DNA of 64,000 nucleotides from Perkinsus chesapeaki ATCC PRA-425 (GCA_013115145.1 JAAPAO010000111.1:1-64000), one strand, 5' to 3'; shown: positions 11,576 to 24,900, counted from the first letter of the stretch. The notes: generated by a model not told the origin, from the letters alone. Translations and numbers: made by a program.

Positions 11576-14299
11576 TTTACCCATCTTAAACGGGGTCGAT
11601 CTGAGACTCCAAAATGAACGCATCTCATTTCGTGTTCCTCAACTTAGTTTGCTGGACTTAGTGGACTTGTGTTGAGTTGTAAGAAAGCATTGATGATGGT
11701 GTCATATAGCAAGATTGGCCGGCCTCTTCGAACGTTATCCCTTAACGGGACTTCGCTTTTCAAGACAGCCAACTGGACTTTACGACTTCGGTGCGTGAAA
11801 ATGCCCAACAGCATTGTTGATACGCTTCGAAAGCAGCATTGGTTCCAAGCAGTTCAAAATTCAACCTAGCAAAGGACTTAGAGGAGAAAACTTCGTGGAA
11901 TCGATAATCTTAAAAATTGCTCATCATCGTCCTCCTGTCGGGTAGTAGTTCGATCTTTGAACCACTTTTAGTCATTGGCTTGGCAGCAGCGAGCCTTCCC
12001 AAATGACGTTACGTGAACAGATAAAACGGACTATAATAAGCCTGTGAGTGTTATAGAGTTAATAACTACAAGTGGCCCATACAGGTACAATGATAGGATC
12101 TATCCCGACTTTCAATCGGTAAAGAAGCGCCACGAGGAGCGATACAAGGCAGAACCGTTAACCTTAGATACTCTTATGTCGGGGAGTATCAATCGACTTT
12201 AATTTGGTACGCTTGTTGTTAGGCATCTCTGTAACCAGAATAATCCTGATTTCTCCATCGAGAAGGCAGAGGAGCGACCAGTGCCAGGTTTCAGATTGTA
12301 AGACTTCGAGAGTAGCCGCTGATGTGAGGGGTTTCGCTGTAGGGCCCATCCTCCGAAGTCTTTCCGAGGCTTCGTGTCCCCAACGGTAATCGGTCGTAGC
12401 TTGCCTTCACAGTAGTTCATTAGGATCCCGTCGATTATTATGGTCCTCAGCTCTGGGATGCCTTCGAGACCGAGATAAACTCATTAATGTTATACGAGCG
12501 TGAGTGGACTTCAAGTTAACCTATTTAGTATCTTGCTTGCTTTAGCGAGTTGCTACACTTTTCCTGGTGGGCGTTACGGCACTGCCAGAGCCCTTAAAGA
12601 GCGCAACCTAAGATTTCTCAATGGTTACAGTCTAGGAGAGCTCTGTCACATTGTAAGCCGTTGCATCGGGAACCTATCAATATCTACCAACGCGTTCTTG
12701 TTACACGTGTAAAATCTCCTATTGTATCACCGAACTGGTAACATGTCGGGAAGATTGTGTTAGCCTCTCCCTCGGGGAGATGACCACTCTGAACTACGGG
12801 CGCAGGTTCAATTGGCAATCGACAAGGAGATCCTCGCATACGGCAAAAGCGGGTCAGTGGTGCCCTTCAAAGTGAGCTCCAAGGCTGAAAAGGATGCCAA
12901 TGCGAGTGATGCCGCCGCTGTTCCGTTATCATCCGTCGCGGCAACAATCGCCTTCTGTAGGGGATAAGAAACCTACCTTTGCTGGCCATCGTCGTCAAGT
13001 GGCTAAGGAAGGATCGGAGCAGAGCCGGAGAGACACTACTGTGAAGAAGCCGCCCATAAAGGCGTTAAAATAATAAGCTTATTAGGACTCCTCCGGTGGA
13101 GATCATTGTTCAAGCCATCATAGCGGCTCCTCCCACCTGTCACCACGTAGCGAGCCGGCCAAGGAGGATTTCATAGCAAGCTGGGGTCGACTTAGGGAGG
13201 TCCTCTTCACGCTGTTAACGTAATGAAACTTGGACCTACTTGTGGTGAAGTCATTAGTTGAAGCAGTACGACCGAGTGGAAGCATCGTATACTGCTATTG
13301 TCGAATTTGAAGAACGAGATAAGACGCCACTTCAGTGGAGTTGTGCTCAGTGAGACTGCCTTAGGGCATACAAAGCTGATAGATATGGTCAGTAGAGGGT
13401 GGGGGTATCAGAGAGTTAACTGAGTAGCAGCAGGTGCAAGACCCAAACCTAGCAGATCTGGTGCGGGTGGATTGGCGACGTAATAATCCTGTATTGAAGC
13501 TGGAACCAGGAGCGACACTCAAAAGGGGGCCTACTGGAATAAGCATTGATTCCCGTATGGAGTTATGTTCCTGGAAAGGGCCATTTTGTGCTGTCAGCCA
13601 AAGACGTAGCGTCGGTAGCGACGCCAGAGCGATGTGCTGAATCACTTGTCGAGACGACAGGCCCGGACTCTTCGATCAATACGGTTTCCCCGCTCGATCG
13701 GGCCATCGAAATCGATGCCAAACGTCGGCAAGATCATCATCATCATCCTCAGCATGGCCCGGTTATCTCCCTGAAGAATACATTTTTGCAGTAAGCCTTT
13801 GTATAGTAGTAGGAACATGAGAAAATCTGATGCAATCAGGTACGCGCATTCCGAAGAAGCCGAAGGACTCCAGAAGTCTCGTCGTGTGAAGACAGCCCCA
13901 GATGAGTACCTCCTTTCCACTGCCGATCGTGCCATCACCGGTCTTCATATTAACCAGTAGCGCCACCCCATTTTCACAGCGACCATCATCATCATAATAA
14001 TCAGTTACCAAATAACTCCACTTGATTTCCCTTTCATACCATCGGCAGCAACCGAGACGGATTATGATCTCACAAATGCCACCGATGGTGCTTCAATCGT
14101 GCCGCCGCCACCCGGCTTGGATGCGACAGTTGCGCCTCTATCGCCTCTGCCGGCATTGGCCCACCCGAACAACGGTGTGTCCGACGCTTTAGCCACCTTT
14201 GGTTCGAGCACCGATCTCACCGATGCCCTGCCAGACCTGGAGCTCTTGCTGTCGCAAATCTCCAGTGATCCGCCGCTAACAGCTATCGGGGGGACGTAA
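11576..14299 (+). CDS. OST-HTH-associated (OHA) plus LOTUS/OST-HTH domain protein, multi-exon; ends approximate
   Basis: Exons read YNDRIYPDFQSVKKRHEERY, FPGGRYGTARALKERNLRFLNGYSLGELCHI|VQLAIDKEILAYGKSGSVVPF, SWGRLREVLFTLL and LLSNLKNEIRRHFSGVVLSETALGHTKLIDMV (LOTUS-like). A low-complexity tail follows. Confidence 0.75.
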
Positions 14300-17065
14300 G
14301 GTTGTTGCCTTCACCTCTTCCTCCACGACGACCATTCATTTCAGCACGCTTAACGCCAGCGCAGCAGAATTCGTGCCGATGCGGTCCCAAACTCCCCGTC
14401 CAAGCTCCGACGCATTTGCGCAATACATCTTCAAAGGTCTCCCGAGTAACAGCATGACCTCCAATCAGCTGCCTCCAACCCCAGCAGCAGCATCTCATGG
14501 TAGCCTACAGCGCCGGAGCGGAAGCCTCTAGGATTGCTTATACGATGTAGGTATACAAATGCCCATCACTCCTGGGGGGATACTCCTGACACAAGCCATG
14601 ACTGAAGTCGAGGCGCATGCGCCACCTTATCCCTGGATGAGTCGTACACCAGGCGGATACACAATTGGTACGCTGTTCGACGCTTGTGGATCTCCAACTG
14701 GAGCCATGGCTACTGAGAGCTGTGAAGAAGTCCTAAGGTCGCCCCTGAGAGTAAGAAGTATTCCTGTTGCGAGGTAAAGATAGGAGCTCCTTCAGGTTAC
14801 ACCTCATCATCATGCTTGAATCACTTCTTGCCGAGTATTCTAATAATTCTTCGTATATAGCTAATTAGGAACCAATGTTACATAACAATAAGCAGCATGA
14901 TAAATAATATTCAATATAGACTATCAAGCATCATCATCATCATCACCGCATCAGTCGTGTCGGTGTGTTCGTTATTACCGTCTTCTGCTCTAATTGGCCT
15001 TCTTTCTATGGTAGTGTAATCGATTATTATCACTCCGTGCAGCAGCAGCACATCCCAGTGTAATCTCCTGATTGGGGATTATTCAATAAATCGAATTCAT
15101 TCTTGGGGGCTTTCGATGACTTCGATGGCTTTTTGTTCTGTTATTGCATAATTACGTGCATTCGACTCACATCCGACTCGTTCGACGTCGTCGTCGGTCT
15201 TTGTGTCATCGACTTCATCATTCTATTATCATTTCATCTATCAATTTCCAACTCAGTGCTCACAATCTTCCGGGCACTGACGGCATCCACGGTACACATT
15301 CCTGGTATTTTGCATATTTTAACAAGGGTTTGAGAGTCACAGGTTTAGAACCCTGTAGTTGCCTGCCCTGTCGTGTCATTATCAAACATTAACAGTGGTA
15401 CGCCACTCGGCGTGATGTGGAGACTCATCCACAATGATGACATCTTCGCGTTCTCATCATCAATATCTTGGCCATCTTGTTATTAAATATTTTTATCGCT
15501 TGTCTGATAATCGTGCCAAAGCTGGTACTTAAAAGTGTGAAGTCTTATTATGCATTTTCGATTTTTCTGGACTGTTGTGTTGATGAGTTTCATGAAGTAC
15601 CGAGGAGGTCATTGAAAAAAGGGAAAGCAGTAGTGTTAAGCCTTGGAAGAGTATCCAGCCAAGCTTGGACGTTCTCGGATAAATAGATGAATTGAACTGC
15701 CTAACAGAGTCCTTTCTAATTGGAAAGTCTGAGCTCTGCTAGATGGGTATTATGAGCTGAGGGGCACAATCCTGACACAGTAAGCCGGATGGATCGCAGT
15801 ATACCTGATAGTAGCTCGGTTAGCCGTCCGCGTACTAGAAGCAGCTGTTGGACAAGTTTAACTTTGCACACAAGTACAGCTGTAGAAGTAATGGCTCATG
15901 CTTCAATAATGAGCGCATTCTGTCTTGATCGATACTCACCGGCATACTGGCTAGGTGAGGATGAGCACTGCCCCCCTTCTGGCATGCAACGTGCCTATAC
16001 ATATCTGATGGCACACAAAGCAGTCCTATATAGCACTGCCACTGTGAGACAGAGAATTGGCGGGACTGTAAGATCGAGCAGAGGGTATGGTCCGCGAAGC
16101 GCGATATGCATTCACGCTTTCTTTTTGTTATCTAAACTCCGTCAGAGTGCACCTTTGTTCCCTATTTCGAGTAGTGCTATCCTCGTGTATAGTCAATCAA
16201 TTTGGGGTGTTGGGTGCGGCCTGTGCTCCAAGGCTCAGCCTACAACGCTACTACAGGAACTAGTAGTATATCAGTAGGTTGAGTCGGACACCACAGAAAC
16301 GTTGTTAAGTACGTACTGACAATCACCCCCAATCAACAAACTCGACAAAACAACAAAAAAATATAACCGTGATGCGGCCAGGGTGGAATTGAACGCAAAC
16401 TTGATTGGTAAACCCCTCCGATTTTCTGGTAGATTGTCTCCAGTACAATCTCTGTGTTTGCATGAGGGTCTGGGCCTTAGTAAGAGCGAGTTCAAGAGAG
16501 GATAGCAAGTGTCCCTCCTGTTGTACGCGCCTGGATTAATGAAGTAGGCTCAAAAATGAGATTGGTTCAAGATTGCTGCCGCGAGACGTTAACCAAGAGC
16601 GATAGCTCCCGGGGCCCTCCCGACGGGAGCCATAAAACCCTACACCAATAGCTAAGACGAATGCACAGAGACGGATGGAGAACCGTGCTAGAGAATCGTG
16701 CTATGCATCCCACGGCCTTCCACATTGAAGCTTCAATCCGGAAGATACTCGGCTCGACCGAGTCAGTTGGAGGCTTGAGGAGGATTCTATGAGCAACGGT
16801 CTGCCTAGAGATTCTGGATGGACGCTCCAGGTGCTCTCGCGGATGCTCTGGCATCCCATAGATCGATTGAACTGGATAACACATCTCTGTGAATGGACAG
16901 ATGAAAACGTGACCTAGAGGGACTTATCAAGTCCAAACCATAATAAAGACTGAGTACGGCTTTAGATTGTTAGAATTGGAGCTGGCCTCCTGACTTGGGG
17001 TAACCCATAATGGCCGTTGCAATTCGTGAAGAGAACTGCGTGGATGCGACAAATGCTACAATTGA

Positions 17066-17497
17066 TCAATCATAACAGTCTCCAGGTCGTAGAACCCCAG
17101 CGCCGCCAAACATCACCGATAGGGTATTGGGGGCCCTATTGTAGGTCAGAGACTTCAGATCATCGTCAGCTATTTGAATAAGGGCACCACATTTCTGTCT
17201 CGCCACTCGAATGAAGTCATTGTACTTAACCATGGAGCCACCGTCGACTGTGAAGGAATCGACACGAGGCTCATCAAGCACGATAGGCTCAGAGTCATGA
17301 TAGTCCTGGCCGCAGTCGACGTGATACTGAACAGTCAAAATCTCCGCGTTAAACCAGTAAACTCTGACACACACGAAATCCGGATCAGGGTGGATTCTAA
17401 GAGCATAGTAACCTTTAGGCGGACCCGGGAGATCGACGGCTTGAAGTTGGAGCGGGACCGTCAAACTGAGCAGAATAACAGAAGTGGAGAACACCAT
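17066..17497 (-). CDS. Intronless secreted protein, lineage-specific two-Cys domain family
   Basis: Signal-like MVFSTSVILLSLTVPLQLQA. Shares CxxVYWF...C...KYxxFxRxA...C...DDxxSxxYNRxxNTL with the protein at 26075-26521. Confidence 0.75.
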   Translation of the reverse strand: MVFSTSVILLSLTVPLQLQAVDLPGPPKGYYALRIHPDPDFVCVRVYWFNAEILTVQYHVDCGQDYHDSEPIVLDEPRVDSFTVDGGSMVKYNDFIRVARQKCGALIQIADDDLKSLTYNRAPNTLSVMFGGAGVLRPGDCYD

Positions 17498-18547
17498 GGC
17501 CGAAAGATACTGTGGGAGTTCAGCATGATCCACAGTCCGCATATTGTTCGCACGCGTGCGCAGATGTCGCTCGTACGTCTCAGAAGATTAGAACAAAGAA
17601 AGGAGAGATGAAAACCAAACTGTTCATTGCAATTTGAAATTGTGCGCCTGCGTATAAAGGCGCGCGCTATTCGCTGATAGAGGACTTCGCGCACGCCCGC
17701 ATTTTAACTTGCTGAAAGTCACTACCTGACTTCCAACTTAACTAAAACGCGTGGCTGTGCTCAATCAGTCCAGTAAAAGAAACTAACCATTTCAAACAGT
17801 GTGTTCGAAAACTGGTAGTAAACTTCAATGCTGTGATTGAACTCTTGGCTGAGAGCACGTGACAGTCGGCTATTATTGTAGTCCGGATACCCCGCAGTAT
17901 TAGGGCGATTCGCAGCTCCTCCCGCACACCTCGAGGTAAACGCGCATTCTTTATCCTATAGACTTCATGGATCGGGCTGTTCTTTGTGCTGTTCCGTAGA
18001 ACTGTAACAAGCTCAAACGCGCAAAGCAATAAACCGGTCTTTGAGGCCTGCGTTCTAATCACCGAGCAGAGTCGATAACCAGAACGGAGTACACGCAGTG
18101 AGGGGATCGATGAGACGAAACAATCACTGGGGGCAGCTCTTACGAGCGAAACCCTCAAAGTAAGTTCCAAATACTGAACAACTGCCTAAAACGAATATAA
18201 CTCACATCTACGACTACATGCTAGTCATCACCAAATGTAGTTATTTAATAGTTATCTAGTACAATTAACAGCACGCATACAGTATGAGTAACTCATAGCG
18301 CGGTCGCAAGGCGAGCGAGATCCACAGATGGAGCCGCCGCACAAACGGCACAAAAGGCAGATATACTGAAACCTACATGTCTCATCGTCGTAACTCGTCA
18401 TGCCTAGTGGGCACACGACATCATTTGACAGAAGATCTCTTCCTCTCTTCACTTGATCGACGCCGCTCGGGCCTACTGCCCCTCGTGGCTGTAAATAACC
18501 TCTCCACTCTGTGACTGACAATATGTCACGGTGACCATTTTGGGATG

Positions 18548-18583
18548 TGTCCATCATGGACTGTCCATGATGGACAGTCCATG
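18548..18583. repeat. Iterated fold-back array (four palindrome centres at 7-nt spacing)
   Basis: TGTCCAT-C-ATGGAC-T-GTCCAT-G-ATGGAC-A-GTCCATG. Confidence 0.93.
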
Positions 18584-18741
18584 ACAGTGTCTGTCGGCTG
18601 TGAAGACCTGTTGTAGGATTCTGTGCAGTCTATATGCATGCGTGCTATAATAATCTTCACTATAGATCCTATAACTAAGCGGCCGGCGCGGTCATCGCCT
18701 GCCCTTGGTGTGTTCTTGGTTATCACTACTATCTCTAGCGT

Positions 18742-18763
18742 AAGCTAAGTTAGCTTAGCTAAC
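18742..18763. repeat. 22-nt double palindrome (putative transposon excision footprint)
   Basis: AAGCTAA-G-TTAGCT-T-AGCTAAC. Confidence 0.9.
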
Positions 18764-19789
18764 TATCCCTCAAGGTCCCTCCTGTTGTTTTTCGCATCTG
18801 AGCCTCTAGTTCTACATCAACTAACTAGTTAACCGAACCCGATAACAGACCCGCCGTCCGGGCAAGCTTCTGTGTGCCAGTATCGTTGGAAGGGGACGCA
18901 CATACAATCTGCGTGGTTTCCCGGTGTTCCGTTCCACGGGATAATTCCCGTAATTCCGCAATCGAGCTGTCGTTTTTCCGGAAATTCCACGGTAAAAAAA
19001 CGGCCGCCGATTAGGACTTTCAGCATCGAGAACTACCACCTTGGCGACATTTTCAGTTCATACACAGCTATCCTCGATATCTCATGCGGCCAAGACAGTC
19101 GAATAATATATTGAATATTGTGTATTCATGTTCAACTAGTCAACTTGATCGCACAATACGGCGTTAGTGACGTCGCATTGCCTTCGAACAGGTGTCCTTT
19201 TAAGATATGCTATCTTCCCACGTTGCATAAAGCAACTTTCTCTTTGTGATCACGCGACGATGGTGAGTCGCTACATGGGTTTCGCGAGTTGAGTATCCGG
19301 CGCTTCACTGGGAGGCGTTGACGGAATGCTTCTAGCTTTGTATTTTTCTAGCTTTCTGCTTCTGTATGTACTCTCTACTATCTGTAGTGACTGCAAAACC
19401 CAACACGGACCTTTTAACTCTTGAACACTCTTATGCGAGCGGCATAGCCTTATGTCATGCATTCCGTTGAAGAAGGTGCGAGCTCTGAGAATGAACTATT
19501 CACCTCATCGGTATAGTAACCACTTCGTCTAGGGTCGCGTCCACAGGGGGCAGCTGTACAGCCACCCCGGATTCGAATGTCTTCGAAGATTTATTCGCAC
19601 TTCCAGACGCGGGTGAAATGCCCGTATTCACGGGTGCCTACATTAAAATATCTGGAGCCTGCCTAGACGCTGCTTCGACCTCCAGAAGACCATTTAGCCG
19701 TTGCAACGCATCGCCCCAACCATTCTGATTCACCGGGATCGTGACCCACTCACCTAAGGATGCCGAGATCGCTGGGGGTACCAGAAGCC

Positions 19790-22700
19790 AAGTTCACTGA
19801 CTACTCGTACCTTCAAACTGAGGATCTAAAGTCCGTATTATGTCACGTGGGAAAGTGTCTATAAATCCGGCCCTTTGCGACACTTTGTATATTTCCTCCC
19901 GCTCACAACTGAGCAGATTCGAGACGCATCCACATACGTCATCAACATCGAGGCTTACAATCCCGATAACTCTACACCGGTGCCATTGTGTCCCCACCAG
20001 CTTGTCAGGTGGAATCTGTTCTCGGGTGTGGTGTGGCCAGAGCGTCCTAGGGGTGATAGTTAGTCTTGTGGGGACCGACATCATCATACCAGCGGAGCAG
20101 GCCCACACAGTCGCGGCGTCTAACTTCTCGACAATGCCTGAGAGCTCTTGAGTCAGTTCCTCTGGCGTGCTACAGTTACTCCCCGGACAGAAGAGTGCCA
20201 AGTGGTCGTAGAAGCCGTTGAGCAAGATGAAGACTCTCGTGCCTAAAAAAGAGATGAAAATCCAAATTCGGCTTCCGCAGGAGAGGGCATTCCGCGCCTT
20301 GACGAAGATATACATTTATTGTTAGGGTCGGATGGTGACATGAAAGATCAACAATGGACGTGACATACCTTTTATGGAGAGAAGTAAAGAGTTGTCAGAC
20401 TGTAGTGCCTCCAAGTAGGTAGGCGGTGACACGCTGGCAAGGTTGGCAGGATCCTCGCAAACCACTATGGCATAGTCCGGGAGGCTCTCTCTTAAGCTAG
20501 CTAGTAACCGATTTGAATGTAACAAGGAGCAAGTTGAGTTGAATGGTCGGGAAGGGAAGTTCCTTCTAACACAAACCGACCTAAAGAAGAATCTTCATCG
20601 TAGAACGGCCGCGGCCCTCACCAACGATTGAATTTCGCCAGGATTCTCGAAGGATCTTTGAAGGCTTTCATGAATGGTGAGGGACACTCCGTGGGGCAAT
20701 TCGAGAAAAAGTACCTGAGGATTGGAAGGGTCTTGGAACCTTGACTGGCTATGAAAATAAAATCTTCATAAACAACCGCCGCCTGTCTTACATATCAGGT
20801 GTGGCGAAACGCTCAGCTATCTCAGAAGAAGGGACACTCTGTTGTAGAATAGGGTGGCTGAAGGACGCTCTATAGGGCTCCACAAATCTTCTAGTTACAG
20901 TATCTAAGCAGTGCACAGTCAAGTACAATCAACGATAAAATAACACTGAGTCGAGATTTAAGGGAGATTTACCAAGCCGAGCGGGAAACAACGCCAGCTG
21001 ATACTGTCAGCCTGACAGGCGGCTCACCGAGTGCTTCCCACATAGCTTTCAGACTCTGCTCGATGGGTCTTGTACCGGCTCTAACCGTGAGATGTACTTC
21101 CAGAGGATCCAGGTGCCATGGTACTGGGACGTTGCTGGGTTGGGTGACAACACAAACTTCCACACCACTCTCTTGGCATATCTTTTCAACTTGATTGATA
21201 ATATCCTCTCTTGTAGAACCCTAGAAGAAGTAACAATCCCTGGTTTACAGATAAAAATACTCCCAGACGATACGGGTTGCCTTGGACGGCTAACCTCTCC
21301 ATCCTGGGTTCCAGGTAGATGGATATACATAATTTTGGGGACCTTTACTGAGGATGTCTTCAGCTTCTGATTTCACACTTCTACGTTGAAGAAGTATTGC
21401 TCGAAGACAGAACTTAGCAATTCGGGGATTTAAATCAAGCCAACGCTACTGAAGGTCCGTAAGGTGCCTGCTGATCCTCATACTCTTTTGTGACTGGAAC
21501 GACCGATGGTAATGGAGGTAATCGGAGCCTGATCAGAGTCTGAGATAGCCCGACTCCTACAGGGGAGGTTAGTCTACCTGCAGCTGAACTGAGTAGCACA
21601 TCCAGCGAGCATGGGATCTCTCGTAGCAAGGGCATGCGCCAGTATGTGTTTCGGTCCAAGGAAGGCGAAAGGGTATCCTCTAGATTCCCATTTGGTTGGG
21701 GCCACCTGCGGTACTGCCAATAGACTTCGTGGACGGCTTTTTAAGACAGCATGTGAGAGTGTGATAAGGTGATTGTTATGCCTTGAATTCGCCGTGAACT
21801 GCAAATCCCAAGGAGATGACAGAGAGTAATTTATTCTCTAAAGGGGAGATCAAGCGCTCCGTGTTGAAGTGAAAACCAGAAGTGTCATAGAGTCGTGCCC
21901 TTACGATGTCTAGTGCAGCAGCTACTGCCTTGCAGACTGCAGTGGCTGCGTCTCCCGAAGAGTCGGATAATACTGGAGGGTGTAAGATAGAACGGAGGAG
22001 CATGTCGTCGCGCAGAGATCTGCCAATCGGTACTCATCTGCTGGACAGCAGAATTTCGTCACCCTTCTTTTGCAGTATATGCAATCGAAGTGATATCTGC
22101 CTGCTGGTCAATGCGACTGCCAAATGGCTGCGAATTCCCAGGGATCTCCGGCCTGGTAGACCTAGCATGGCGACAGGCCACAGCCAGGCTCACAAAGTTT
22201 CTGGGATGGAGTCTTCAAAGCCAAGCCCTTGGAGAGCACGGATAGCTATTTGGCCCCCAGTCCCAAATTCCTTCCCAACAGCCATGTTACGGAAACTATC
22301 AATCCAGAATGCTCTCACGACCTGTTTCAAATAGAAACGCCTCGGTACCATGTTCACACTGGGAATGCCTACCTGTGAGGCACAGTCAGGAAGAACTGGA
22401 AGTTTGATTGATTCAATGGTCTCTGGAGAAGCGATGACACAGCCTGCTTCCAACCAAAGGGGCACCTGATAAAAATTACATAGCCCTTGCTGAGATTCAC
22501 ATGCATACATTTAAGACTTCTGCCAGGATATCTTGTAGATAGGTATAGTCACTTGTATTCCCAAGGGACAAGTACGGTATAGAATCTGAGACAGCATCGC
22601 CTACCCGATCTGTGAGGTTCATTCCAACCCACCGTCTCCCCGTGGGCAGGTCCTTGTGCATTTCCTCAAAACCTTCTCAGTTTCAAGGCTCATTTCCTTC

Positions 22701-24900
22701 AACATATCATTAAACTGAGCGGTATGTCGAAGCGTTCGAGGCCCGGAGCTCTACGACTCCAGGCCGCTGCCCACCTTATCCTCGTTTGTAGAAGAACTGC
22801 GACATCTAATCATATCCCTGAGGACCTGGGATGAGATTATATTGTCCTGAATAGACTACAGACGATTCAGGCCAGACAGAAATGAAGCACTCCAGCTATC
22901 GTGAATATTTCTCGCATTTGTCTCTAATACGTTAGCAGTCCAGTAGAAGGGCATTTCAATCGCCTGGAGAAACTCCTCTCGTGTGGTCAATTCGGTAAAA
23001 CATTTCACGCCAGTGATTCTCTATTTCTTCTCACATCTGGAAGATGAATCGTCCTCAGCACTTTCTCCTCTTCTTCGACAAAGTGGCTTGCGCAGCCTAT
23101 AATAGCCATTAATTGCCCTGCCTCATTGCAGTTGAACCTTTGATGAGGTTAGGGATTGAGGTTGGACAACCAGCTGCTACAAATCCCGCAAGATATAGCA
23201 GAATGGGTTCAATCGGAATACCACAAATGCAGGGGTCGCTCTCACCTATGACGATCGGTCCAAAGCACAAGGCAACCATCTGGACCAAACTTCCCCTCAA
23301 CACCGTATATGGAACATACGCTGTCCAGAGGGGACACACCACTCAAATCTCCTTTTGCGTCCTCCGCTCCTTGGCTCATTGAACCTATCCGAGCCGAGTA
23401 GAGGACGGACGGCCGGGAATACGTGGCGGGCCGCACTGAAATTTGGCATTTTAGCGCATGGCGTCTGAGGACTGTGACTCCCAATACGAGCTATATTGAA
23501 GCCGAATAGGGAGGAGTGTTCGGCTCCCTTACGCGTGACTTCACGTATATCATATAACGTGAGCCGAGCAGTGAAGCCATTGCCACCGTTTTCCGGGAAC
23601 TGGGTTAGATAACCGAAGGCATCGTCGTGGACGAAGTCGAGCTGCAGAGTACCGAGAACGTGATATAGTTGCTGGTACAGTTGATCTGCAAATAGGTAAT
23701 AATATCCAAGTCGACGCAGACGAGCTATTTAGGCCAGTGGTATTCGGCACCCTGGACTGGTTACAGCTCTCAAGACTCTGATAGCGCGGATACAGGAGCG
23801 CCACCTCATCTTTCAGTTGCTAATATCTTACCAAGTAGCTGTGGATCGCAAGTGTCAGCAAGAACTGTCAACTTAAGATGTTCTTCTGTCGCAACCGTAG
23901 CTGTTATAGTTGTTCCAGGTAGCCTCCATCTTTGACCGTCATTCGATTCGAAGCCGGCGGAGCGGAGCTTCGTAGCAATCTTCTTCCGTGTCGCCAGGGA
24001 GGCATCAACGCCCAACGCCCCTCGGTCCACCGAGCGACACACAGACATTTGGAGCTTGCCTAAGTACTGCCGAGGTACCACCGCGGCGATGGTAGCCAAC
24101 TCATGCTGGATTGACCGAGACGCAGCAAGTACTGTTAACGGCTCATGATTGTACCTGAATTATTTCAGAGGATGCTATTTACTGCTAGAAAAGGATGCTT
24201 GGTTCCTCACAGCTCCTCCATACACTCCTTCAGAACATCTCCAAATTTATCGTAGCATTCAGTATCTCTAGCGATAAAGCCCAGTGCCTGTAATGCTGAG
24301 CATGATCGGCGGCCAAACCAGTCGTGACGCTGAGCAGACGTGTTTCGACCACATCGGTTTAGTCGGACTTAGCGATTTGTCTGGCCAACGATCTAGATTG
24401 CTAGGAAGTTACGATCCACTAGAGGAAGATAGACGATGAGTGACGTACATCCATGAGTCTCTCACCGAGCTCGATATCTTCATGACATAGATCCTATCGG
24501 CCTCCTCGAATGAATACTTCGGGACTACGGGAACTGTGATGCAGTCGTCAACCGTAACTGTAGAGCGAGTGCCCATGGCAGCACAGACTTCCGCTGATGC
24601 CGTACATCGTAGCCCAGTTTGGATCCGACTGAGTTGTTGATATCGTACAGAATCAAGGTCAAGAACTCTACTTATGATATTATCTCGAGAAGGGTCTAGC
24701 CAGCGTTTAGACTGAGGGCAACTGTCAAGTGCCCCAGGTGAGCATCGCTCCGAGCACCTAGGTCCCTACGCTTGGAGAGATTCGGCATGTGGCGCTACCA
24801 ACGATGATGGCGAGACACATTGGGCATGCCCTGCCTTGAAGCACTGAGGTTACTGTAGGTTCAATATGACAGTAGTATACAGTTTCACGCGTCGACACTA
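19790..24900 (-). mobile_element. Heavily decayed Ty3/Gypsy-like LTR retrotransposon relic (gag-like, RT, RNase H, integrase); no LTRs recognised
   Basis: Frame-broken peptides lie in Gypsy order. RT-like YLQDILAEV, NLSKGY and RCPFGWKQAV occur at ~22.3-22.55 kb, and RNase H-like VLSDSSG at ~21.97 kb. Integrase-like CHSG..CQPCQRV, YVTSIVDL, LNGFYDHL and VWA...TPRTL occur at ~19.8-20.5 kb. A degenerate CFKAGHAQC lies near 24.83 kb. Confidence 0.55.

Noticed and set aside
14900-16900. Genes or retroelement remnants in 14.9-16.9 kb and 26.9-28.5 kb
   Set aside because: Only short or stop-interrupted frames with no recognisable motif, so they are not supportable.
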